A DNA stretch of 64,000 nt from Mobula hypostoma (lineage: Eukaryota): positions 70,248,001-70,312,000 of the forward strand of contig NC_086097.1 in the NCBI RefSeq assembly GCF_963921235.1, read 5' to 3'. The notes beneath the pieces were generated by a model. That model was not told the origin of the DNA. It was given only the letters and a program-made list of their open reading frames with translations, and searched no databases. Each line of letters opens with the position of its first letter. Position 1 is the stretch's first letter. Positions 51,996 through 64,000 of this stretch are shown piece by piece. The position numbers were made by a program, and so were the translations under genes.

Positions 51996-54900
51996 AAGTT
52001 CCAAGCTCAAAATAAAATTTATTATCAGAGTATTATCGTGTCACCACATACAATCCTGAGATTCTTTCTCTGCGGGGATACTTAGCAAATCTATAGAACA
52101 GTAAAATGTACATAAGATCAATCAACTCCAAACTGTGCAAATGCAAATATAAAAAATGGCAATAAGTAATGAGCATGATACGAGTCTTTAAGGTGAGTCC
52201 ATCAGTTGTGGAAACACCAGAAGTAGAGTGAATGTAGTTAATTTCTTTTGTTCAAGAGCTTGATGGTCGAGGGGTAGTAACGGTTCTTAAACCTGGTGTT
52301 GCGAGTCCTGAAGCACTTGCACCTTCTTGCTGGTGGCAGCAGTAAGGAAAGAGCATGGCCTGAGTGGCAAAGATCTTTCACGATGGATGCTGTTCTTCTA
52401 CTGCAACGTTTCATGTAGATCATGTAGATGTACTTAATGGTTGGGAGGGTTTTACCCATGATGTACTGGGCCGAATCCACTTCCTTTTGTTGTTTTTTCC
52501 ACTTAAAGGCAGTGGTGTTCCCATACCAAGCCACAATACAGCCAGTCAGCACACTTTCCACCACACATCTATCGAAGTTTGCCAAAGTTTTTGATGACAT
52601 GCCAAATCTCCAAAGACTGCTGAGGAAGTAGAGGTACTGCTGTGCTTTCTTTGCAATTATATTTATATGATGGGTCCAGAACAGGTCCTTTGAGATAGTG
52701 ACACCCAGGAATTTCAAGTTACTGACTCTCTCTGCCTCTAATCCTCCAATGATTACTGGCTCATGGACCTCTGGTTTCCCTCTCCTCATGTCTACAATCA
52801 GTTCCTTGGTCTTGGTCAGCTGCAGGGATGTGGACTACAAATTACAACTGGAAATAGAAAAGGCTTGTCAGAAGGGCAGTGTTAGGATAATTGTGGGGGA
52901 TTTTAACATGCCAGTGGATTGGGAAAATCAGGTCGGCACTGGATCTCAAGAGAGAGAATTTGTAGAATGTCTGCGAGATGGCTTTTTAGAACAGCTTGTT
53001 GTTGAGCCCACTAGGGGATCGGCTGTACTGGATTGGGTATTATGTAATGAACCGGAGGTGATTAGAGAAATTGAGGTGAAGGAACCCTTAGGAGACAGTG
53101 ATCATAACATGATTGAGTTCACTGTAAAATTTGAAAAAGAGAAGCCGAAATCTGATGTGTCAGTATTTCAGTGGAGTAAGGGAAATTACAGTGGCGTGAG
53201 AGAGGAACTGGCCAAAGTTGACTGGAAAGGGACACTGGCGGGAAAGACAGCAGAGCAGCAGTGGCTGGAGATTATGCGAGAAATGAGGAAGGTGCAAGAG
53301 AGGTATATTCCAAAAATGAAGAAATTTTTGAGTGGAAAAACGATGCAACCCTGGTTGACAAGAGAAGTCAAAGCCAAAGTTAAAGCAAAGGAGAAGGCAT
53401 ACAAGGAAGCAAAAATTAGTGGGAAGACAGAGGATTGGGAAGGTTTTAAAACCTTACAAAAGGAAACCAAGAAGGTCATTTAGAGGGAAAAGATTATAAC
53501 TATGAAAGGAAGCTAGCAAATAATATCAAAGAGGATAAAGCTTTTTCAAGTATATAAAGAGTAAAAGACAGGTGAGAGTAGATATAGGACCGATAGAAAA
53601 TGATGCTGGAGAACTTGTAATGGGAGATAAGGAGATGGCAGAGGAACTGAACGAGTATTTTGCATCAGTCTTCACTGAGGAAAACATCAGCAGTATACCG
53701 GACACTCAAGGGTAGCAGGGAAGAGAAGTGTGCGCAGTCACAATTACGGCACAGAAAGTACTCAGGAAGCTGAATAGTCTAAAGGTAGATAAATCTCCTG
53801 GACCAGATAGAATGCACTCGCGCGTTCTGAAGGAAGTAGCTGTGGAGATTGCGGAGGCATTAACGATGATCTTTCAAAAGTCGATAAATTCTGGCATGGT
53901 TCCGGAGGACTGGAAGATGGGAAATGTCACTCTGCTATTTAATAAGGGGGCAAGGAAGCAAAAAGGAAATTATAGACCTGTTAGCTTGACATCGGTGGTT
54001 GGGAAGTTGTTGGAGTCGATTGTCAAGGATGAGGTTACAGAGTACCTGGAGGCACATGACAAGATAGGCAGAACTCAGCATGGATTCCTTAAAGGAAAAT
54101 CCTGCCTGACCAACCTATTACAATTTTTTGAGGAAATTACCAGTAGGCTAGACAAGGGAGATGCAGTGGATGTTGTATATTTGGATTTTCAGAAGGCCTT
54201 TGACAAGGTGCCACACGAGGCCACTTAACAAGAGCCCATGGAATTACGGGAAAGTTACATACGTGGATAAAGCGTTGGCTGATTGGCAGGAAACAGAGAG
54301 TGGGAATAAAGGGATCCTATTCTGGTTGGCTGTCGGTTACCAGTGGTGTTCCACAGGGGTCTGTGTTGGGGTCACTTCTTTTTACATTGTACATCAACGA
54401 TTTGGATTATGGAATAGATGGCTCTGTGGCTAAGTTTGCTGACGATACGAAGATAGGTGGAGGGGCCGGTAGTGCCGAGGAAACGGAGAGTCTGCAGAGA
54501 GACTTGGATAGATTGGAAGAATGGGCAGAGAAGTGGCAAATGAAGTACAATGTTGGAAAGTGTATGGTTATGCACTTTGGCAGAAAAAATAAACGGGCAG
54601 ACTATTATTTAAATGGGGAAAGAATTCAAAGTTCTGAGATGCAACGAGACTTGGGAGTTCTCGTACAGGATACCCTTAAAGTTAACCCCCAGATTGAGTC
54701 AGTAGTGAAGAAGGCGAATGCAATGTTGGCATTCATTTCTAGAGGAATAGAGTATAGGAGCAGGGATGTGATGCTGAGGCTCTATAAGGCACTGGTGAGA
54801 CCTCACTTGGAGTACTGTGGGCAGTTTTGGTCTCCTTATATAAGAAGGGATGTGCTGACGTTGGAGAGGGTACAGAGAAGATTTACTAGAATGATTCCAG

Positions 54901-55456
54901 GAATGAGAGGGTTAACATATGAGGAACATTTGTCTGCTCTTGGACTGTATTCCTTGCAGTTTCGAAGAATGAGGGGAGACCTCATAGAAACAGTTCGAAT
55001 GTTGAAAGGAATGGACAGAGTGGATGTGGCAAAGTTGTTTCCCATGATGGGGGAGTCTAGTATGAGAGGGCATGACTTAAGGATTGAAGGGCGCCCATTC
55101 AGAACAGAAATGCGAAGAAATTTTTTTAGTCAGAGGGTGGTGAATCTATGGAATTTGTTGTCACGGGCAGCAGTAGAGGCCAAGTCATTGGGTGTATTTA
55201 AGGCAGAGATTGATAGGTATCTGAGTAGCCAGGGCATCAAAGGTTATGGTGAGAAGGTGGGGGAGTGGGACTAAATGGGAGAATGGATCAGCTCATGATA
55301 AAATGGCAGAGCAGACTCGATGGGCCGAATGGCCGACTTCTGCTCCTTTGTCTTGTGGTCTTAGTGACATTGTGTGAGAGATTGTTATTACACCATTCAG
55401 CCAAATTTTCAATCTCCCTACTGTATGCTAATTCATCACCACCATTGATACAGCCT
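51996..55456 (-). mobile_element. Rex1/Babar-like LINE 3' part (51996-52816 and 55356-55456), split by CR1
   Basis: 183-aa ORF ...KFLGVTISKDLFWTHHI...KKAQQYLYFL...VVESVLTGCIVAWYG...RFKNRYYPSTIKLLN. Confidence 0.85.
52817..55362 (+). mobile_element. Young 5'-truncated CR1 LINE (APE C-terminal part + RT)
   Basis: Long open segments 52817-53483, 53728-54228 and 54300-55274 with [35 protein letters not shown] and KFADDTKIG; few disabling lesions. Confidence 0.96.
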
Positions 55457-56149
55457 TCAAAATTATATATTTAAATGAAATAAAGACCAATACTACTAGA
55501 GTACAGTACTATAAAACTGTATTGGTTCCTAATAGATAGCAAGTTATCCAGTGTACGCTGCAATGTTTTTTTGATTGACTGTAAATGAACAAAATCAGTG
55601 CTGACACCTAGTGCAGATAATGGACACCGCTTTGACAATTGCATCATCCAAATCTTCATTTTAATTGTAATATTCAAGATAATTGTTGATGTCTCCAAAT
55701 TCTTTTTAGATCTTAATCTGAAGTAGTGAAATCGTTCATTTTCACTCCTGGCTGTTTCTGGCAGCTCCAAGCCGGAATGTTTGAAAGCACAGTGAGCAAA
55801 ATGGTTCTGAATTGTCTAACTGCTTATTTCTCTCTCACAATCAGTTACAAAAATCAAAGCTTTTTGAACACAAACCCACACAACTGATGCTATTTAAAAA
55901 TTGTTCGCTCTAGGCACGGTGTAATGTCCAACGACCACACAAGTGTATGTGACTGACACTAGTTAGTAACTGTTCAGCAGCAATATCATGTACCAATTTA
56001 GCAGCATATTGTCCCAAATAAACGAAGGGAATCCGGAGCATTTTCTTGATTAATTTTTCCTTTAAGAGTCATTCCAAATAAGTGGCTGCCCTGATTAACC
56101 AATGGTCCAATTAACTGGAATCCACTTTAATTCTTTCTTGCAATTATAT

Positions 56150-56776
56150 TGTGACCATGAGGAATTGAGGATATATAAAAAAATCATTTTGAACCTAAGT
56201 AACCTCTGGCTAAAAGAATAATTGGGACTGAATAGGAAATTTTGAACTGAAGTAAACTGTCCTCAGCAGTTAGAAAAAAAACAACTTATACGAGTTTTTT
56301 CTTAATTAGCAGAGAGACATTGAAAATTGATAAATGATATTGTGCCCTTGCTTGTCTAGGGGAAGGGAGGACTCAATGATAAGGACTGGAATGAACATCC
56401 GTCTGTAATTAAGTCAGGACCTTGCAAAGAGAATAACTGATAAGGACTGGACAGTACATCTATCTGTAATCAAACCTTGATTTAGCGGACTCTCTTCTCT
56501 AAGTAATTAAGTTTTGCACCAACAGACTTGGTGGGCGTACCAGTTCTAACAGCTTGCAACAGTAATGTATGGGACTTACTATATATAAATATACCGCTGT
56601 CACCTGACTAAAGGAGTCCACTTGTCAGATGGTTGGCAGCACTGACATGCCTTCCCTTTGACAACTGGGTCTCAAACTCCTGCAGGAGAATGCGCAGTAA
56701 ACTGTGGTGACGATAAGAAGCTAGTCTCCCGAGTTTTATTCAGATTTGACTTTAACAACCACGCACACCTCCCACA
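56150..56776 (+). mobile_element. Candidate solo LTR
   Basis: TGTG...CACA ends with ATAT/ACAT flanks; duplicated tgataaggactgga...tctgtaat (56377, 56438); TATAAA 56584; AGTAAA 56696. Left end could instead be 56341. Confidence 0.5.
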
Positions 56777-58074
56777 ACATGGATATTGGATGGTTTCAAC
56801 CCACAAATCCTCAGTGAATTCCTCATCTCCAGTAATCTTGTATGTAATGGTTTCAGCAATTGTGAGCTGTGGTATTTGAAGATGATAATCTACATCTTCT
56901 GAAAAAGGAGATGGGGCAACACACAAACCTGGGTTAATTACAACCATTGTACACCCCATGGTATTGAAAAAGGAGATACCATTTTGGAAAAGAAGCATGA
57001 AAATATATGGATTAATATTCCAATTAAATTATTTTTAAAAAGGACCTGCTTTGTTCAAACTGCATTTAAGCATAACAACTTTCCAACTGTATCACCTGTG
57101 CTGGAGACTGCATAAAATGTGTCTGTAAAATATTCTCAATAGGCACCTGGAATTCTGAAGCAGGGGGAAAAAGAACACTGATGATCTGCAAAACTACTTT
57201 CTGTAGCTCATAAGACTCTTCACAAACTGCATTCTTCTGAGCACAATTTTCCATTTGATAACCAGGTGTGGTACAACTAAAGTTTAAGGCACCACTGATA
57301 TTGATTTTAAAAAAAATCATCTTGCATTAAAGATGTAAAGTAGAAATATTAATTTTATCAAAATGTATTATGTTGCGAATGCATTAAAGTTAATTTAAAA
57401 AACTAATTTGCTGTACAATTTAGATATCAGTGATGCCAGGCTATTTGCTGCTTTGACTGTAAAGAACAGCACTTTGACTGTAAAGAACAGCAATTTAGTG
57501 GCAAGAAAAACTGAAAGTGGGAGATTTCATTCAGAAATTTAATTAAATTTTGAGATTACATTTTTTTTAAACCTTCACTTGCAGTGTTATTAGCAAACAA
57601 GCAGCCTGGCAATCTTAGTGAAATAGTTGGTCAGCTAGAAACAGTTACCTACAATTATCATGTTAATTCAGAACTTGAGATCCTAGTAGCGTACATCTAA
57701 CTGGATTCCGGTAAATCAAAGAGCAGATTTCACCAAGAGGAGGAGGAATATGGTGAAGGAAGGGGTGAAGCCCTATTTGGTATCTAAACAAAATAAAAGA
57801 CATTATGTATTGGTAGTTGAGATCTATTACCTGCAATTCCTGTACCAGACAAGACCATTGGGACATATAATGTATGGAGGAAACACTTCCAACTGACAGG
57901 ATCAAGTTCAGGATTTCAAAGCCTGACCACAGTTTCCAAGGGGTGCCATTCCAAATGGAAAAAAAGTGCATCCTGGACAGCAATGGCCACAGGGGAGGAA
58001 GAGCTGGAACTGTCAGGGTGCATGCCTCACACAAGCAAGAGACATCATCTCCAATAGGTCTTCAGGAGTCCTTA

Positions 58075-59085
58075 CAACTGACATCAAGATTGGGGGCATA
58101 CTGGATGTGAGGAAGGTTATCAAAACTTACAATGGGATCTGGACCAGCTGGAAAAATGGGCTAAAGAACAGCAGATGGAATTAAATGTCCTCAAGTCTGA
58201 GGTGTTTGGGAAGACAAACCAGGGTAGAATTTACACAGTGAGCAGAAGGGCACCATGTAATGCAGCGGAATGGAGGGATCTGAGAATACAGATCCATAAT
58301 TCCTTGAAAATAGTGTCACAGGTAGACAGGGTCATTAAAAAAAAGCTTTTAGCCTTCATAAATCAAAGTACAGATGTTAATATTTAAGTTGTAGATGTCA
58401 GTGAGGCCTAATTTAGAGTATTACGTGCAGTTTTGGTTACCTACCTCCAGGAAAATTACCAAGAAGACTAAAGGAATGCAGAGAAATTTTACATGGATGT
58501 TGCCAGGAGTTGATGACCTGAGCTATAGAGAAATGTTGAATAGGATATGACTTTATTCTCTACAGCCTAGGAGAATGAGGGGAGAATTGATAGAGGTATA
58601 CTAAATTATGAGGGGTATTGATAGGGTGAATGCAAGCAGGCTTTTTCCACTGAAGTTGGAGGAGACTAGAACTAGAGGTAACACATATAAAAATTGCTGG
58701 TGAACGCAGCAGGCCAGGCAACATTTATAGAAGAGGTACAGTCAACGTTTCGGGCCTGCTGCGTTCACCAGCAATTTTTATGTGCGTTGCTTGAAATTCC
58801 AGCATCTGCAGATTTCCTCGTGTTTGCATAGAACTAGAGGTCATGGGTTAAGGATTAAAGGTGAAATGTTTAATGGGAACATGAGGAAAAACTTCACTCA
58901 GAGGGTGTCAGCAGAAGTGGCGGATGTGGGTTCGATTTCAACATTTAAGAGAAATTTGGATAAGTACATGGATGGGAGGGGTATGGAGGGTTATGGTCTA
59001 GGTCCAGGTCAATGGGACTATGGAAATTAATAGATCAGCACTGACTAGATGGGCCACAGGGCTGTGCTGTGGTGTTCTGTGACTC
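58075..59085 (+). mobile_element. CR1 LINE 3' fragment
   Basis: Post-RT motifs, RTRGHGLRIKG...NFTQRV, tail gatgggccacagggc. Confidence 0.85.
58680..58828. mobile_element. Fold-back PLE-derived mini-element with perfect 13-bp TSD, inserted in CR1
   Basis: tagaactagaggt at 58667-58679 and 58829-58841; inverted arms of ~36 bp. Confidence 0.9.
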
Positions 59086-59840
59086 CAGGGTGGACTACCA
59101 GAAGTGATGCCTTTAAGTTAGTGTGTGGCACTCATAATAATCCAGAATTGATATTGTATTTTTTTTAATTTATTCCCTTTCTACTGCAAGTCATACTGAT
59201 GACTGATAGGTATTGATAATATGGCTGAGATTTGTGGTGCTCCAAAGGAAAATGGATTAGTCGAAAAAAAATTACAGACCACAAGGTTAGAACAGGACAG
59301 TGTAACTAACTGCGCTGTTCTTGCACAGAGCTGGCCTTGACTTGTTGAGCTGAAGACTTCTTCACTGCTGTCAACTTCATCATTTTTTTTGATTATACTT
59401 CTTCTCCTTCATCTCACTGGCAAAATGCAACATCTCAGTGGCATCCTTTTCACTCATATTGATGGTTCTAAAAATGCCTTTTGGTCTCCCAAACAATGGA
59501 ACTGCCTCTGAGTACTGAATTTCTAGGTTTCACTGTATTCCTTCCAACTCACTTATGTTTAACTAAACTGTCATTACACTGAAATGGGAAGATCAGGCAA
59601 AAATAACACAGGCTTAAAATATATAAATGAAAAACCTCAGGTTTTTGCAGCACTGGGACCAATTCTGGGGAAAGAGATACTTGTTCATGCAGAGTAACTG
59701 CTGTGTAATAGGACTAGATCTGGTGTTCTAGAGAGAAGTTCACTCATATGGTTGGGAGCAAATAAAATAATGGACGATAAAAACCAGCATATGCTGTAAA
59801 AAAAAAGTGGAATAAGGTGCACAAAGGAATGGGAGAGATC

Positions 59841-60115
59841 ATTTATTTAGCAATACAACACAGAGTAGGGTCTTCTGGTCCTTCAAGCCATGCAGCCCCA
59901 GCAACCCCAGAACCCCAATTAACTCTAGTCTAATCATGGGACAATTTACTATGACCAATTAACCTACTCAGTACATCTTTGAACTGTGGAGGAAACCCAT
60001 GCATTCCACGAGGAGGACATATAGAGGCTCCTTACAGAATGGTGCCAGAATTGAACTATGAACTACAGAATGCCCCGTGCTATAACAGTATCACGCTAAA
60101 TGATACGCTACCATG
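59841..60115 (-). mobile_element. tRNA-derived V-SINE
   Basis: Minus strand TGGTAGCGTATCATTTAGCGTG head, AGTTCAATTC B box, V-domain-like GGGTTTCCTCC. Confidence 0.7.
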
Positions 60116-61129
60116 AAGATAAATGGGAAAAGAAATGGATACTTTGGGAGAAGACAAACATGCATACATGCTTTTTAAACCCACTTTTGTGAATCATGGT
60201 GAATAAGAATTAAGATGAAGTGATTTACAAAAACATGTCAAGATTAAGCACTTATTGTCATGCATGTTCAGAAACCACAGGAGAAAGGAAAAAAGAAAAT
60301 AGCGGGTGCCAATGCTAACTGCGGAACACAGTGCTAGAGATGAGATTTTCTTGAGAGATCTGTATAGAATTCACAATTACTTGGAAGCCAGAATGGAACC
60401 TATACATTGGGGCTCCTTCATAGGAGAGCAGAGGAACAGATGTTCAGGAATTTACAGAAATGAAGAACTGTGTTGGTGAAACTGGGTGATCCCAGTTTTG
60501 ACTGGAATAACAGATAGGTGCATTGCAACAAAGGGAAAGTGGGATGAATCAAAAGCTACTTATGTATTGGTGCACAACAGCATTGACACATTTACAGATG
60601 ACAGAAATCTTATAAGCATAGCAACGAATGAGATTAGAATATACAGGAAGAAAACAGACAAGCTGGTGAACATCCAGCCAAAATGAATTAATCTGAGAGA
60701 GAGAATTGCAAGGTGCTATGGTCTGGATGTTCAGAGACAGAGACGTATACATGTACCCGAACATATCGCTGCACGTGATAAGCATATTAAGAAAATGATT
60801 TTTTGTGCTATATTAATCATGAAGAGCCAGCGAGAACAAAAGCAAAGATATTTTATTCAATCTGTGCAAAAAATATAAGAAATTAATTTCTGGACTGAAC
60901 ACGGAAGTCTTTAAAGTGGGCATGAAAGATACCAGAACTGTTCAAGGGATGATGCATTGTACCTCTAAGATTAGAGAAGAAACAAGGTTGAGTAATGAGC
61001 AAAAATGAAGTACAACATCATGACTGATCGGTTTAAAAATGGCAGACTGAGGCAAACTGTTCCCATTAGCAGATTCAATCATAGATGAGGGGACAAAGAA
61101 TAAAAACTTTGGCAAAAGATTAAAAGGAT

Positions 61130-61735
61130 GACCATAAGATATAGGAGCAGAATTGGGTCATTTGGCCCATCGAGTCTGCTCCACTGTTTCATCATGGCTG
61201 ATCCAATTTTCCTCTCAGCCCCAATCTCCTGCCTTCACCAAATATCTCTTCATGCCCAATCAAGAATTTATCAACCTCTGCTTTAAATATACATAAAGAC
61301 TTGGCCTCCACAGCTGCCTGTGGCAAAGAATTCAACAGATTCACCACTCTCTGGCTAAAAAGATTCCTCAACTCCATTCTAAAAGGAAGCCCCTCTATTC
61401 TGAGACTGTCCCCTCTGGTCTTAGACTCTCCAACCATAGGAAATATCCTCTCCACATCCACTCTCTCAAAGCCTTTCACCATTCGATAAGTTTCAATGAG
61501 GTCTCACCTTATTCTTCTGAATTCTAGTGAATATAGGCCCAGAGCCATCTAGTGCTCTTCATATGACCAGCCATTCAATCCTGGGGTCGTTTTCGTGAAC
61601 CTCCTTTGAACCCTCTCCAGTTTCAGTACAACCTTTATGAGATAAGGGGCCCAAAACTGCTCACAATACTCCAAATGAGGCCTCACCAGTGCTTCATAAA
61701 GTTTCAACATTACATCCTTGCTTTTATATTCTAGT
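61130..61735 (-). mobile_element. CR1 LINE 3' fragment
   Basis: FSQRVVNLLNSLPQAAVEAKSL; tail ctcctatatcttatggtc. Confidence 0.9.
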
Positions 61736-62719
61736 CGTGATTGGTTAATTGGCTATGTCACTGTATGACTGTAAGATTTGAACAAATCAATAGATTTCAA
61801 CTCTCAAGTATGATAGAGTATCAAAAGCACACTTTACTTCTCAAATGATAACCTCCCAGAGTAAATGCCTGATATTTTACTGACCCACAAGTTGAATATC
61901 CATTCAGTTGTCTACCCTCAAAACCCAAACTTACTTGAAGCAAGCCCCACCCTATTACTTTGCCATCCTGTTTCATCCCACTGCCAGGCTGACCTGTTAA
62001 ATCTGTTAAGTTGAATAAATATTTATGCCTCTAATATTCATTTACATTTAGAAATAAATTTAAAAAAAATTAAATAACAAGGACATTAAAAAATAATTAA
62101 ATGTAAGTAAATTAAGTACATGATATAAATGATCTTGTAACTGGTTTTCTCTCCATATGTTCCACCCCCCCCCCCCCATTAAGATGAACAAGACACACCT
62201 AGTGCAACACTAGCAGGCAGGTTTTCTGGTCTAAGTGCTATGGAATCTGTGGATATTATCACCAACCGCCAATGGACTCCAGGAGTCCAATGTTGGAACG
62301 CAACTGCCCAAGGATTATAATCAATTATGTGGGTATTCAAGACACTAGTCTTCCACTTAGTAGTCCTAAACTTCTGCAGTTACCTGGGTAAAAGTCTGCA
62401 GCTCAGAGTAGAATTCCTGGATTTTTGATAGACATTCCAAGTAAATATTTCATAATCCAGAGGCATTAACCATTTGAGAAGGAACAGTTAGGCACGGATT
62501 TAAAAAAACAGATCACTTCAACTTCATACTTACAGCAAGCTTCCATATGTAGTGTGTATACACTGAGATTTAATTAGAGACCTCATCAGAAAATAACAGT
62601 TTTACTCAAAACCCTATTTTATTTTGTTTTAAGGAATTCAGTGTTGTGACTTTTTAAAATTAATTTCATCTGGTTAATTTCATCAGATATTTTAAAATGC
62701 AAAATAAACAGGATATTAC

Positions 62720-62836
62720 CCTTCAGGTTCTGTATATTCTCGTCCATCTTTACAGAGGCATCTTCTTGCGTCACATCGGTGATAACGGTGCAGCAATTCC
62801 GCAAATGCATTTTCTTCAAGTTCCCAGGAAGCATCC
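62720..62836 (-). CDS. G2E3: G2E3 exon (third PHD/RING finger, N-terminal half)
   Basis: 117 bp, atgcag|...|gtaata. [39 protein letters not shown]. Upstream exons lie beyond the window end. Confidence 0.94.
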
Positions 62837-63299
62837 CTGCATAGAATGAAATGAAACAGTTGGTAATAGAGGAAGAAGTATTGCTGCATAAAGAGTGGAA
62901 ATGAGGACAGGCTTTCTGCAATGAGCAATACAAGTTCATAAAATATCTAAAATCAACACTTTCTGGATTCAAAACTGCAATACTGTTTTCATCTCCAGGC
63001 ATTCAAATTGGAAAATCAAAAAAAAAACCTAAATTCTCCCAGTGGAATAAAGGGCCGAGTCAAATTATTATTGTAAAGTGAGGGAAATGATGCAACATAA
63101 TTAAAATAATGGGAACTAAAAGAGGAAGGATCACTATAAATTAAAGTCAGTGCTGTGCAATCACGCCTATTCCTCTTAAATTTTCTTGTGTTGTATTTAT
63201 TTATTTCTTTCATCCAAGGGAGTAAAAAATTTTTATGCTGCGTCTTCATCACAATGTACAAGTAATAAATTGGGGAAATGTGGGAGGATATTGCCCAAA

Positions 63300-64000
63300 C
63301 ACTAAGATTGTATACATATATGTACAGTCAAATATGCAATCAGATCAATGTGTATTGATCTATCTGATGGCCTGGTGAAAGAAGCTGTCCCAGAGCCTGG
63401 TGGTCCTGGCCTTAATGCTGCAGTACTGTTTGGCAGACAGTAGCAGCTGTACACTTTGTGGTTGGGGGTGGCTGGAGACCCTGATGATTCTCTGGGCCCT
63501 TTTTACGCAGCTGCTGCTGTAAATGTCCTGAACAGAGGAAAGTTCACATCCATTCTCTGCAGTGCCCAGTGATTGAGAGTAGTACAGTTCTGGTACCAGA
63601 AAGTGACACAGCCAGTCAGGATGCTCTCGATGGTGCCTCTGTAGGAAGTCCTGAGAATATGGGTACCCATGTCGAACTTTATCAGCTGTCTGAGGTGAAA
63701 GAGGCACTGTTGTGCTTTTTTCACCACACAGCTGGTATGTACAGTCCAGGTGAGATCCTTGGTGATCTGTATACTGAGGAACCTGAAACTACTCATCCCC
63801 TCAACTACAGTCCCACTGATGTCAATCGGAGCTAGTCTGTCTCTGTTCCTCCTGTATTCCATGATCAACTCCTTCGTTTTTCGACATTGAGGGAGAGGTT
63901 GTTTTCTTGGCACCACTGTCAGGACGTTGACTTCTTCTCAGTAGGCTGTCTTATCATTGTTGGAAATAAAGCCCATCAATGTCATGTCATCTGCAAAGTT
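63300..64000 (-). mobile_element. Rex1/Babar-like LINE RT C-terminal region
   Basis: Minus strand FADDMT at window end; KTKELIMEYRR...KKAQQCLFHLRQL...TIESILTGCVTFWY; SIKARTTRLWDSFFHQAIR. Confidence 0.85.

Larger units (their letters stand above)
51819..56127. mobile_element. Tigger-like non-autonomous DNA transposon hosting two nested LINEs
   Basis: TA|cagtggattctggttaactg ... caattaactggaatccactt|TA; own sequence at 51819-51995 and 55457-56127. Confidence 0.75.

Noticed and set aside
52698..53483. 261-aa ORF as a novel fusion gene
   Set aside because: The first ~40 codons are antisense Rex/Babar sequence reading by chance into the truncated CR1 endonuclease.
54300..55274. 324-aa RT ORF as an active or domesticated gene
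   Set aside because: Part of a 5'-truncated CR1 with upstream stops and frameshifts.
57450..57492. Tandem duplication of ctttgactgtaaagaacagca
   Set aside because: Simple slippage duplication with no further structure.

Overview
Vertebrate genomic DNA. The repeat content suggests a cartilaginous fish, probably a ray or skate (inference). Two genes lie in tandem on the minus strand: the 3' eight coding exons of G2E3 (62836 to stop at 20049) and the first four coding exons of SCFD1 (ATG at 14880, running off the left edge). All internal junctions are GT-AG and phase-consistent. Introns are packed with CR1 LINEs, Rex1/Babar-like LINEs, Penelope-like elements (PLEs), V-SINEs and Tigger, Harbinger and MITE-type DNA transposons, often nested three deep. 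The most notable signal is a PLE family whose terminal repeat carries a minimal hammerhead ribozyme. It also occurs as short fold-back mini-insertions with 13-bp target-site duplications (TSDs). Also notable: Ser at the canonical HECT catalytic-Cys position of G2E3, an XBP1/CREB3-type element at the SCFD1 start, and a young bipartite non-autonomous retroposon. Family assignments come from motif recognition only; no database search was run. Repeat boundaries are approximate unless TIRs or TSDs are quoted.
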